DNA of 64,000 nucleotides from NCBI GenBank assembly GCA_034780895.1, contig JAUZTB010000076.1, positions 38,944,292-39,008,291 on the forward strand, read 5' to 3'. This document shows positions 48,314 to 60,399 of this stretch, one piece after another. The notes below the pieces were generated by a model, which saw only the letters and a list, made by a program, of their open reading frames with translations, was not told the DNA's origin and ran no database searches. Position 1 is the stretch's first letter. Each line of letters starts with the position of its first letter. The position numbers and the translations under genes are program-made. The DNA is from Rhynchobatus australiae (Eukaryota).

Positions 48314-50339
48314 GTAAGTAACAGTGAAATTAGTGCACACACACCAGAAGTGAATCCATTTAAAACCAAAGCTATAAACGTTGTCTCACTTAACCATGGA
48401 ACAGGAGAAGAGTTTGGAGTGATTTCAAACCAAGGCAATCTCATCAGGAAAAGAACTAAACTATTCTGCATCCTTCTGCTGTTCCATCATTCTGTAGTTT
48501 AACAACACAGCCATCAACACTTAGTATCAATGCCTAATAGTAATCAACCATTTTCAGATTTAAGTTTTCAACTGATACCAACATTTAACATCAAACCCTA
48601 ATTGTAATTGACCACTCTCAGGTTTTAAGTTTTCAATTAACCTGGCCAGAACAACTTTGAGAAGCGAGTTTCAGATTTCCACCACAAATTTGTCCCAATT
48701 TAGTGATACAGTAGTCAAGTAATACCAGAATGAATGCATGTGCCTCAATACCAAATACTTACAGAAAAAGAAACATTAGTCAGGATTTCTTGCTTTTAAT
48801 GGTCACGCAGGGACTCTTTTTAGAAAGTACACATTTCAATGGGCAAGGGCTGACTTGTTCCAAAATCAATCATGAATGACATTTCTGAAGGATGCTTGCA
48901 TGAATGTGCAGCCTTTAAAAGAAAAGAAAAATTAGAACAGAAAGAATAAGTTACAGAATAAATGTTGGTTCCCTGGAATTTATAATTTGGAGGTTGACTG
49001 GAATTCCTTTTAATGACAGGTGAAAAGATGGACTGCAACAGGAGTTCTTAGCATGTTTTAATATCAAAATATGCACAGGAATAATAAAAACCTCATTTGT
49101 ACTGATCTATCCCCCATCAGTATACAATTAAATGAAATACCCTCTCAAAGGTTGAAGTATGATAGATATGTTATTATGGAGCAAATGAAAATGCTTGGGT
49201 TGACAGGTTATCTTGGTTACAAGTTAAACATACCTGCATAGGGAAAAGCCCGCATCCTTATTAAATGTCAGAATGTGTGTTTGCAGTACTGCGTGGAGGA
49301 TGTAATGATGCAATAAATATCACAGCAATTCTCTCTGATAATAGCAAATCTTTCTAGTGCTTCGGATTAAAGTAGCTATTTTTATAGTAAATACCACGCA
49401 TAAAGAATTTTATAGTTTAACATGAATACTGTTGAAACACAATTCTGAAGTTAAACTTCTCAGCAATTGGAATGCTAGTCTGGATAGCATTGTGAACCTT
49501 TAATGGAAATAGCTAGGTTCCTTTTCAACACATTATATCATGAGAGTATTGGTTCCATTTGTTAGAAATGCAGCTCGTTAAGTCAAAGTAGATTTCAGGA
49601 CTAACTTCATAATGTTTCCCCCATGTTTATTGCATATTCTTTCAAAATTTGTGAGAATTATTTCATGGTTTCAGTGGTCCCTACTCAGCCATTTTTTTTC
49701 AGGTTGTCACCACACTCCAAAGATAAGATTATTGAAACTATTGAAGAATTAGCTTTAGATCTGAAATGTGGTCAAGTCACCATAGCAGTGGATCATTTAC
49801 AATTATGAAATCAGCATCAGCCAAAAGTTGATTTTTTTCTGTTTTAAAAAGAAACACTTACTGGATTGGTAACAACAGGAAAAGTGCATAGAATTTCACA
49901 ACTGTTGGTCTTATCTCACTTGTGGTTAACTGTTCAGTACAAAATATAAAGATAGTAAACAATAAATTTCACCGGGAGGTGGGGGAGAATGGATCAAATG
50001 AGTGTGCTTATTTTGGCCACTTTCAGTACTGGATCCAGCTCTGGTTGCCATATTTAATTCACTTAAACAATGAAGTTCATGTGGAGAAGACAACAAGTTG
50101 GTCCCTTGCGCCATGGGTCTAGGGACATGAGGAAATCATCAGGAGTCTTAGCCATTTTAATTAGATGTCTGTGACGACTAGAAGATCATAAATCATAAAA
50201 TATAAATCTAAATTATCCCCTTAAATTGTGTAACTAGGACAAAAACAGAGCTACGAGNNNNNNNNNNTGTTTTGAAATCCCAGTGGTTTGGCACCTGGCT
50301 CACTTGGTGCTGATACCCACACTCCCGGAACATACCAAG

Positions 50340-50480
50340 GCCCCAGTTCCAGTGCTCCCTTTAATACTCGGCACGGTTTCCTGTGCTCCCTTGAAACTCA
50401 CCTGGTTCTGTCTTCACCCCACTCCCTTTAAACTAACATGGGCCCCATTTCCTGTGCTCCTGATAAACTCACCGGTTTAA
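50340..50480. repeat. Degenerate minisatellite (TTCCTGTGCTCCCTTTAAACTCAC-like units)
   Basis: About four imperfect copies: ttccagtgctccctttaatactc, ttcctgtgctcccttgaaactcac, actccctttaaactaac, ttcctgtgctcctgataaactcac. Confidence 0.6.
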
Positions 50481-52639
50481 CTAGAAAATTTGTTATACTA
50501 CTGTATAACATATTAAGAAAAAGTGAATTCAAAGTGGTTAGTGTTAAAAGTGATGAATTAGAATAACATCCAATAGTCCAGAAAAACTACTAATCCAGTA
50601 CTGAGGGGGCTGGATTAACAGTTTTACTGAAATACAGGTAACCGGAAAGTCTTCTTTATCCAGAAAATGATCAACACTTAGAACACATTTCCAGGTAAAA
50701 TGACAGACATGGAAATCTGAGGTACTTAAGATGCAAATAGTTTTAGAAATCAATAAGATGCTTATGGAAGAAACAAGACAGGCAGAATGGTCTTTATTTG
50801 AAATTATTTTGCATTCATGCAAGTTATCAGCTCAGCCATTAGCTGAGTCATGACCGGAGCACATGCAGAGGAGATTTGCCACTGTCAGACTTCAATTATG
50901 ATAATTAGGTATTAAATATAAAATTAAAATCACGGAATAAAGTTTTATTTAGCCATTTTAAAATTAAGGTGGAGGGGAGAAGCTTTGTGGATGCTGTTTA
51001 CAAGTTTTCAAAACAAAAGGGTTAGGATTAGCCTTACGACCACTTAAATGATTGGTGGATGACACCAATGTCTGTATATCTGGGAACCAAATTATACTGC
51101 TCACATATTTTGCAGGCGGTGCACTCAAGATAATCTTACCAATATCCAAACAAAATTCTGTCAAAGACACAAGCAAGAGACATTAATGATTGGGATGTAT
51201 AAAACAGGAAGTTGGCAGAAGCTTGCAAACAAAATGTTTGGCCCTAATTTCAGATATGTGTCAAATGCACCTAAAAATGGATGCAGTAGAATGGGAAGTT
51301 AGCTCATTACTGCGGTTCTCAGGTTTTGCAGGCCATGAAAAAAATAAACTCTTGGTAACCAAAACTTGGTAACCATTTTTGATATACAAAAGGCTTGAAT
51401 CAATATCTAAATTGGGTGCAAGTACAAATACTAATCAGGTAACAGAAAACATTTACCCAATTCAGACTGCATCTGTTCCCAGGGTTCTTATCAATCCCAC
51501 AATGAAGGGACATTTATATTTCCACTGATGGGGGATAGCTAANNNNNNNNNNNNNNNNNNNNNNNNNNNNNNNNNNNNNNNNNNNNNNNNNNNNNNNNNN
51601 NNNNNNNNNNNNNNNNNNNNNNNNNNNNNNNNNNNNNNNNNNNNNNNNNNNNNNNNNNNNNNNNNNNNNNNNNNNNNNNNNNNNNNNNNNNNNNNNNNNN
51701 NNNNNNNNNNNNNNNNNNNNNNNNNNNNNNNNNNNNNNNNNNNNNNNNNNNNNNNNNNNNNNNNNNNNNNNNNNCGCCACACACACACACTATCTAAAGG
51801 GGACACTCACTAATAGTCCTAGTCCGTAACAATTGTTGTAAACTTTTATTAGGAAGTCAGATATTAGGTAGTTTGGGGTATTTAAGGACATAAAGGGACA
51901 AAAAGTGCCAGTGTGCAGTAATTCAGGAGAGGAATTAATGCTATTTCTCTTAAGTACCATAGAAATATGAAAGGCGAGGCTGAGAAAGCAAGCACACCAT
52001 GATAGATGAGGCCAATTTGTGCTGTACTGTCTGCACCCACACAGCTGGGGCAAATGCAGAGGACTCACCTCACTGGACTTCCGTACCCTAGAGTGCCTTG
52101 CTGGCAGCTGGGCCTCAGACAGCGAAATCCTCCCCCAAAACATCCCCTAAAGTCAGAGACATAGCATTGCTATGGATGGAATTTTGCCCGCTATGAAAGT
52201 CACTGATTTTAATTGATATTTTTCCAATGTTTCTGACATAGAAACATCTGAAAACTTAAAATTAAAATAAACAGTTAATAATTAAAATGAAAAAATAGTT
52301 AAATACATTAAACTAAAACAACACAATTATGAGAAGTCACTTTCTTCTTTGACTCCCATCCATAGACCCAAAATTTCCATTAAATTCACAAGATGAAAGA
52401 CTGTACCCCACTGCTGGACTTTCATGTTTAGTTCAATGGCAGAGTGACTGACAAATTCTGCATCTCAAAATTGCCAGGTGAACCCAGAAATCTATAAAAT
52501 ATGCACAGATGTGTGGAGCTTATGGCCATTTAAATGATTAACGTCAATGGGAACTGGTGGTAAAATTTGGCATGATCTGGCTCATCATCACAGCTCTTCA
52601 GATACTGGTCAAAAATAACAGGAGATGGCAACGCAGGTC

Positions 52640-53030
52640 ACAACTGTTGCTGAAACTCAGTTTTTCCCTCTCCACAGGTACTGATTATCCGATGAACATT
52701 TCCAGCATTTTCATTTGTTTCAGGTTTGAAATATAGCTCCAACCTCCGTTTTGCAGCTTTACATGTCCCCTTGTGGTTCACCCTCTCTTTCTTCCCCTAA
52801 CTTTTCTCATTAATCTGTTTGCTAGACAGCTCTGCAAACTGGATGATCCCAGCCTCACACTTTGGAGATATTCTGTTTGACCTATCCACCCTCCCTCAGC
52901 CTCTCTACAATTTAAAACTAACCTGCAGTATTTTCTTTCTTTCTTGGTCCTAATGAAAGGTCTTAAACCTGAAACGTTAACTGTTTCTCTTTTGGCAGAT
53001 GCTACCTGATCTGTTTTTCCAGCACTTTTT
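52640..53030 (+). mobile_element. Penelope terminal-repeat remnants (tandem) with decayed hammerhead at 52946-52983
   Basis: ggtc-CTAATGA-aaggtcttaaacct-GAAAC-gtt-aactg followed by cagatgctacctgatctg; an earlier tail copy lies at ~52650-52720. Confidence 0.6.
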
Positions 53031-53761
53031 CTTGCACGTATTACATATTTTCAACATGAAGTTTTATGATTTTCTATTCCCTCCCGGGCATGGCTCAAAA
53101 GTGTTATCAGCAGCCATGATGTAAAAAAAGAGAAAAAGTAAGTAATCAAACAAAATTATATACCATGAAGTGATTCTCCTCAAATCCAAGAAAAATGTTG
53201 GTCTTGAGACATTATTACATTTGCTCTCCACTGATACATTAGTGAATAATTGTGCCAAACAGTGTGGTACTGATCCATACTGACAAGAACATCCCTGATT
53301 GGACTGTTAGCCTGTATTAAGTTTATTATGCCAGCTGAGGTCCATAATTGTACTTCTATAATTCTGTTTGCCTGTGACCTAGTGTTGGGAACACAACACA
53401 TGGATGTCAGAGAATAACATAAGCTAAGCAATAATTTCCTTTATAGTCAAATAACCTACCAGCATTCATTGTTTGAGTCATACACGAGAAGTTACATACA
53501 AATATTAAAGAGTATAATAAGCTTTGAGCAACTTTTCCTTTCTCCGTAGAATTAACCTAGCTCATTGAATGTTTCTACTCTTAGCTGTTTTCCTTTTAAA
53601 TTGTCAACATATGCTGTATTTTTCCAAAACAAAAAGCTGAATTTCAAGTTTCCATTCACCTTTCTGAATGTTTGCTTCTGGTCAGTAGAGATCTATTGGA
53701 AAGCCCTGCAAAATGCTTTGAGAAGTTTTCTAGATAAGGATGTTTTATCAGTGCAGACTCT

Positions 53762-53910
53762 TGTTTTGATGAAAGATCATTGTTAGCCTGAAACGTTAAC
53801 TCTGTTTCTCTTTCCATCGATGCTGCCTGACCTGCTAAGTGTCTTCAGTAATTTTGTTGTTTTTAATTTCATTTCAGATTTCCAGGACCAGCAGTTTTTG
53901 GATTTTGTGT
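53762..53910 (+). mobile_element. Penelope terminal-repeat remnant with decayed hammerhead
   Basis: TTGATGA-aagatcattgttagcct-GAAAC-gtt-aactct..gatgctgcctgacctgctaagtg. Confidence 0.7.
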
Positions 53911-54065
53911 TTTTATTCCATGTTTAAAAATGGCAACATTCTAAGTGTGAGTAGCAATTACCTGAATTGTAAAGCAAAAATGTACAACTTTGAGAGTAAA
54001 AGAAAATCAAAATGATTCAATGCAATGTAAGATCAACATTGGAGAGATCCTCTTTTTACTTACAG

Positions 54066-54118
54066 GACATTCCTATGTATATCCTGCATGCATTTAATGA
54101 ACAAGCAATTATCAAATT
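54066..54118 (+). CDS. Candidate coding exon 7 (DIPMYILHAFNEQAIIK(L/F)); the gene likely continues beyond the window
   Basis: Acceptor ctctttttacttacag, donor ATT|GTAAGG. 53 nt, phase 0 to 2, stop-free in the frame of exon 6. Confidence 0.7.
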
Positions 54119-55199
54119 GTAAGGGATCTAGCACAAAGTAAACATTTCAAATATTTAGCAATTTTAGTTTCTTCCCTTTATGGTTTTGACTATTTCTCCC
54201 ACTACAGCTTGTGCCTTTTCTCATGTTGAAATTATTTATTGATTTGTTGATGGACAAACATTCAGGCTGACTGATGCAGCTAAAACACTATTGACTGGAA
54301 CAATTAAATTCAATAGGTAATGGTTTCAATATTTTTATTTGACTAAACAAATCAGGGCTGGAATGAAATGGAATTAATCAGCAACAAGTCAGATGGATAA
54401 CCAAATGTAGTTTTGTTTGTTTCAATTTTCCCCCTTCATTCATCTTCTGCAGAAACTGACCTATGGGGAGTCATAATTGTTCACAATGCTTATGAAAACT
54501 TAGTCAGCAGGTTATTTAAATGCAGAAGTATTTCCACAACAACCACTCATGTGCATTTCTTCAAGGTTGATTTGAAGGACAGCATGAAAAGGATTCCTAG
54601 ATGTTTCTCCTCCTTTCTCAAGGTCAACCACATGAACCGCATTGACTGCTGAAGTGCTTATCAGTACAGAGCAAGGATGGAACCTAGAAACCTTATCAGC
54701 CTGATTTTCTCAGTGCACATCACAGTGCAATTATCCACTGAACCTATTTATATTTTACTTTTAAGGGCAACAAATTATACCTTTAACAAAAATGAAAATG
54801 TGATACTTTATATGATTGGTCTTTAATAGTTACAACATATAGAGTATTTAAGAGGATTATTTTATTCCATTTCTGAGATGAGATAACAGCATGACTCATT
54901 AAATGGAATATTTTAGCACAAGTCTGGTTCTCAAAATAAAACTGTACATTTCAAAGAAAATAGTTTTTNNNNNNNNNNNNNNNNNNNNNNNNNNNNNNNN
55001 NNNNNNNNNNNNNNNNNNNNNNNNNNNNNNNNNNNNNNNNNNNNNNNNNNNNNNNNNNNNNNNNNNNNACATTTCAAAGAAAATAGTTTTTTTTTCCAAA
55101 AACCTCTGAAGGGTTTATTAATTTTAGTTCATGGCTGTTCACTTGCCAATTGAAAGTCAGAAAAGCAGAGTGGGAACACCACAGCCACATTAATGAAGT

Positions 55200-55810
55200 A
55201 GGGTTCAAGGATATAAACGTATAGATGCCTAAAATGTATGACCCTATTTATAATCCTTGCATACATTGGGTGTTCTAAAGCATGACGCACATAAGGCTAG
55301 TATACAGGTACAGCAGGGAATTGAGAACACTAACAATGTTATTGTTTATTACTAGGGGAGTTTGTGCTTCAGGTATATAGGGCATTAGTGAGACCACATC
55401 TGGAACATGTGTACAGCACAACTATCCTTTTTAAAGGAAGGATATTAATGCATTGGAAGCAGTTTAGAGAATGAAATTTACTGGAACATAAATGCCAAGG
55501 GGATGTGGAAAGGATGTGGGAAAACCTGGAACCAAGATGTCACTGTTTCAAAATAAAGGCCTCCCATTTTACACAGATGAGACAAGCTGTTTTCTCTCAG
55601 ACAGTTGAAAGTCTTTAGAACTTCCTTCATCAAAGGGGAATGGAAGCAGACTCTAAATTTTTGAAGGACTGGTAGATTGATACTCGATAAATAAGGGATT
55701 GAAGGGTAATCTTGAGTTGAGGATACTATCAGATAAGCAATGATCTTTTTAAATGGTGGATCATGAAGTGCCAAGTGGCATAATCCTCTCCCTCATTTAT
55801 ATGTTCATTA
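55200..55810 (+). mobile_element. Degraded CR1 3' fragment
   Basis: tatatagggcattagtgagaccacatctggaacat (YRALVRPHLE), gcattggaagcagtttagaga, CR1-type tail. Confidence 0.75.
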
Positions 55811-57074
55811 GAACAGTGTAGGTCAAAAACAGAGCCCAGAGTTTGAGCGGGATAGAGAATTAAATTGACAGACAACTGGTAACATGGGGTCAATTTTGCA
55901 GACTGAATAGACGTGTACTGCAAAGAGATTATTCAATTTCATCTATGCAAAGTCTGCATTAGTACACCAAATGCTGTAAACTAAATTGAAATATATACAA
56001 ACAAATTACTTCTTCATCTAGAAAAGGTGGCTTTAGCCTTAGATTGTAAGAAGACAGGAGAAATTAAGTTGATAAGCTGGAACACAAACATACTATTAAA
56101 TATAATACATGGGTGATCCCCACATTATGGCCATTTGAGTTCACAAATCATGACCCAAAATTTGAGATCAGAATAAAATTTGCTCTTACAGATTTCATGG
56201 GCGGGGAAAAAAAAGTAAATAAATGCAAAATTATTTTTCAACTCTCATTTCTTTGCATACGTGCAGATGATATTGCTTTGTATTACAAAAAAATCGCGAT
56301 ACAGATCATTTACTAGGAACACAATCACCCCGTAATGCAGAGATCATCTGTATTTCTCTTAAAAGGGGGAAAGCTGTGATACCGGCTGGTCTGCATAAGA
56401 TTAATACGTCAATGCAATAATCATGACATATAAAGCACCTAATTTAACAAGATCTTTTATTATTCCATTCTATGTTTAAATACAAAAATGAATAGCAACC
56501 CTCAGGTTATATCCTGACGTGGATAAGTTATTTTGTTATAGATGTGTGAAAATCAGTCATATCATAGAAGGAAAGCCATCTTAATACCATTGTACTATTT
56601 TAATAAAAAGAATAGGTTTGAATTCTCTTTTTGCTGTTGGATATTGTTATTAAACATTACTTTTAAATTTCATTCTCTCAAAATAGACATTCCCTTTTTT
56701 TGCAGAATATTGCACTCAAAGATAAAAATATTTAACCAGAAAAAAAAGAAACAAGTCTTCANNNNNNNNNNNNNNNNNNNNNNNNNNNNNNNNNNNNNNN
56801 NNNNNNNNNNNNNNNNNNNNNNNNNNNNNNNNNNNNNNNNNNNNNNNNNNNNNNNNNNNNNTAAAAATATTTACCCAGAAAAAAAAGAAACAAGTCTTCA
56901 TCTTTACAGGCAAATAATATTTTACCTTGTATTTGTACTGACAAATAACTTTTTAAAAGTGAACTTGGATGGCTTTGAGTTCAGCTATGATATACTACAA
57001 TGTAGTTTCCCAACACTCACTATAAAAAGGGATGCATGTTAATAACAATCATTTATGTGAAATTTGAAGCTCAG

Positions 57075-57495
57075 CCTTCATCTGTACGGCCTAAATCAGA
57101 AGTATGATGGAAAACTCTCCACTTGCCTGGGTGAGTACAGTTTCAGTAACATTCAGGAAACTCAACATCTAGGACAAAGCAGCCCATTTGATTAGCACTA
57201 AGCCCGTAATCCTAAACATTTACCGACTCCACCACTAGCACATTCTGGCCACAGCATGCACCTTGTTAAAAACAAAGCACTCATCAAGGCTTCACCAAAG
57301 GCATTTCCCAAACTCACAACCTCTAATGTGAGTCATGCATTCTACGTGCATGGAAATACGACTACTTGAGAACTCTTCAGGCCACACAGCATCCTGACTT
57401 GGAAACACATCATCATTCCTTAATTCCATCTGGCTGAAAATCATGACTCCCTACCCAACAACACTGTGGAAGTACCTCCACCTGAAAGAGCACAC
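57075..57495 (+). mobile_element. Degraded LINE 3' region (same lineage as 42520-43100)
   Basis: agaagtatgatggaaaactctccacttgcctgg (RSMMENSPLAW), ggacaaagcagcccatttgatt (DKAAHLI), catcctgacttggaaa. Confidence 0.65.
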
Positions 57496-57989
57496 TGGCA
57501 GGAAGAAATAAAACACAAAACTGGTGAGAAATAGGATTTTTAAAGTTAGGATTTTCAATTAACTTTAATAGCTCCTTTTGATACACAGGAATATGTTATT
57601 ACTATGCCACTCATCCTAGTTTGAGATGTGTACCAGCTGAGAGCAAGTTTAAGACAATAGACTGAAGTTGCACAGATGGTTACATGTTACTCACTGGCCT
57701 CAGAAACTGGTCCTCTGCTTTACTGTATTTACACTGCTGAGCATTGTTGCAGATTACTCTGCATAGGCAGCCTATAATTTGTTTTTCTTGATGTGTTTGA
57801 AAATATACCACTATACTTGGCTATGTGTTCAAACTTAATTGATGCTGGTGTGGCCCAGTTGAGGAAATGCAAGCTTGATGCAATCATATTTGCTGAAATC
57901 TCAACAAATCATTCTGTTCAGCATGACAGCAACCATTTCCATATTTTCTTAGGAGGGTATTTCAGCAAATTAAATGTCAGCTCCACAGC

Positions 57990-58255
57990 AATCCCATTCC
58001 ACCACCAATTTTCCCTGCAACCTTATCTCCACACACTGCCATCAACTCTTCACGCCTACAAATTAGGACATTTTAAAGTGGCAATTTATGTATTGACCCA
58101 CACTTGTTGGGATGTGGGAGGATATCAAACTACCCAAAGGAAATCCATGTAGAAATAGGAAAACCTACAAATCTACAGAGACAGCACCAGAAGTTAGGAT
58201 TGAACCAAGATCGCCAGAGCTGAGAGGCAGCAGCTCTACTTGTTGTGCCATTATG
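57990..58255 (-). mobile_element. Degraded V-SINE/HE1-type SINE
   Basis: tgggatgtgggaggatatcaaactacccaaaggaaatcca..caaatctacagagacagcacc..aggattgaacc..agctgagaggcagcagctctac..tgtgcca. Confidence 0.7.
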
Positions 58256-59218
58256 CTGCAATGAAAGATTCTTTGTAATTTTTTTCTCTGGCTGGTTAGT
58301 AAATTTTGTAAAAATAAGGGACAAGGCACAAGCTTAAACTGCAATGAATTATTAATGATGTATTCTACCTATATTTTGCTGAAGAACTGAAGAATTCGAC
58401 CAATTAAACTAGTCTTTCCCAATTCCCTAAAAGAGTACAGATGGTCACCAATTAATAATTGATTTGTAAGAAAGGAATTGAATAAATGTGTGCTTTTCAA
58501 TGACACTAAGACATAGCAGGTATGTCAGAGACAAATGATCAATTGGTGCACAGGATACCATGGTATTTTTGTTGCAGCAGTGGGAGAATTGTTGTGTTTT
58601 CAGTGGAGGCCTCCAGGCTAGGATTGAATAGTGATTGCAAGAGTGTTATAACTATGGGCCAGAGAGAATCTATGCAGAAATTTTATATTTGGAGTTTGAG
58701 AGAGCGCTGTTATTGGAAGCAGAGGGCTAAATTGGCCAATTAAATTTTTTCATTTGATGCTTTCTCATAGTATCATTTCCCACTGATCAAATACAATTTA
58801 TAAATGTAAAATTATAAATTAATTGATCTACAATGGGCACAAACTCAAAAAAAAATGATTGTACAACTTTAAGCAATGGTGGAGTTTCTAGTTTGGCACC
58901 TCCATTCTTATGCCAGCCATAGTGACGTAGAGCTGAAGGGCTGGATGCAGATTGAATACATTCAGTGGCAAAGTGGGAGGTCAGATGAGCAGGTATTTGA
59001 CNNNNNNNNNNNNNNNNNNNNNNNNNNNNNNNNNNNNNNNNNNNNNNNNNNNNNNNNNNNNNNNNNNNNNNNNNNNNNNNNNNNNNNNNNNNNNNNNNNN
59101 NATTTGACCTCCAGCTTGTCAGATGATTGTGTTGCAATGCATGGGTAAAGAACCAGAGATATGCTGACCTGTGAAGAGCACCTCGCTGGCAGTTCTCCAT
59201 TTTTCAGGTCAATGTATT

Positions 59219-59650
59219 ATCAGCTTGGTCAGTTGCGAGCACTTTCACCTTAAGATTAGGTAGTTATAGTTTCCAGCTTTAATCCATGATTTGAAAACAC
59301 ATTGGCATTGCAGAGTTCTGGGAATGCAGCAATGTGCAAATGCAGAATGCACAATGTGCAAATTTTCAGAAGCAATGTTCATCTAAAACCCTACTTGTTA
59401 TACAGATGCATGCAGCACATTGTTTTCTTCCCATAAAGAGGCCAATATTTAAAAAGATTTAGTGACTGAGATAATGGGACAAGCAATCTAGAACCAGAGT
59501 TCAAATCACACAATGGTAAATAATGATATTCAATAAATATGTTCATTTGTGAACTGAGACTAATGAAATGTGCATGAAGACTACCAAACTGTCATGATAA
59601 GCTTACTGTCTCACAAGCTTGATGCCTCCATATCATCTATGGAAACCTCC
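59219..59650 (+). mobile_element. Adjacent old SINE remnants (Deu-domain-like, then LF-SINE-like)
   Basis: cagttgcgagcactttcacct head; agaaccagagttcaaatcacacaatggtaaa B-box region. Confidence 0.35.
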
Positions 59651-60399
59651 ATCTGGTGCTTCTGCATCGTAAGCAACTGTTTAACATTATCATTAAACCT
59701 ACTAACTTAGTCAATGCCGTGGTTGGTTGGTCTTTAAGGGCCCCATCAATACTCTGTGTACATTAATACTCCAGCCCTCAATTCTATTAATTGTATGATT
59801 AATCCTGAAGAATAAGAGGAGGAATTCCTTACCATCTCTTGGGGAGCACCATCACNNNNNNNNNNNNNNNNNNNNNNNNNNNNNNNNNNNNNNNNNNNNN
59901 NNNNNNNNNNNNNNNNNNNNNNNNNNNNNNNNNNNNNNNNNNNNNNNNNNNNNNNNNNNNNNNNNNNNNNNNNNNNNNNNNNNNNNNNNNNNNNNNNNNN
60001 NNNNNNNNNNNNNNNNNNNNNNNNNNNNNNNNNNNNNNNNNNNNNNNNNNNNNNNNNNNNNNNNNNNNNNNNNNNNNNNNNNNNNNNNNNNNNNNNNNNN
60101 NNNNNNNNNNNNNNNNNNNNNNNNNNNNNNNNNNNNNNNNNNNNNNNNNNNNNNNNNNNNNNNNNNNNNNNNNNNNNNNNNNNNNNNNNNNNNNNNNNNN
60201 NNNAACATCTGTTTTATTTTAGCTCCAAAGGACACATATTTGTATGTTTATGGGGACAACTGGTTTAGCCATCTGGAAAGAGATCGGCTAAACCCTGTGA
60301 AGTGTTCTGAAATACTGTTTCTCCTCTGTTAAAACTGCTCATTATTCCAGAATTATCCCGAAATTCACAGATATCCAAACTTTAATTTTACCCAAGGGA

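Noticed and set aside
46650-59108. Further gap-flanking duplications (46650/46764, 54947/55069, 56722/56862, 58995/59102)
   Set aside because: Same scaffolding artefact pattern.
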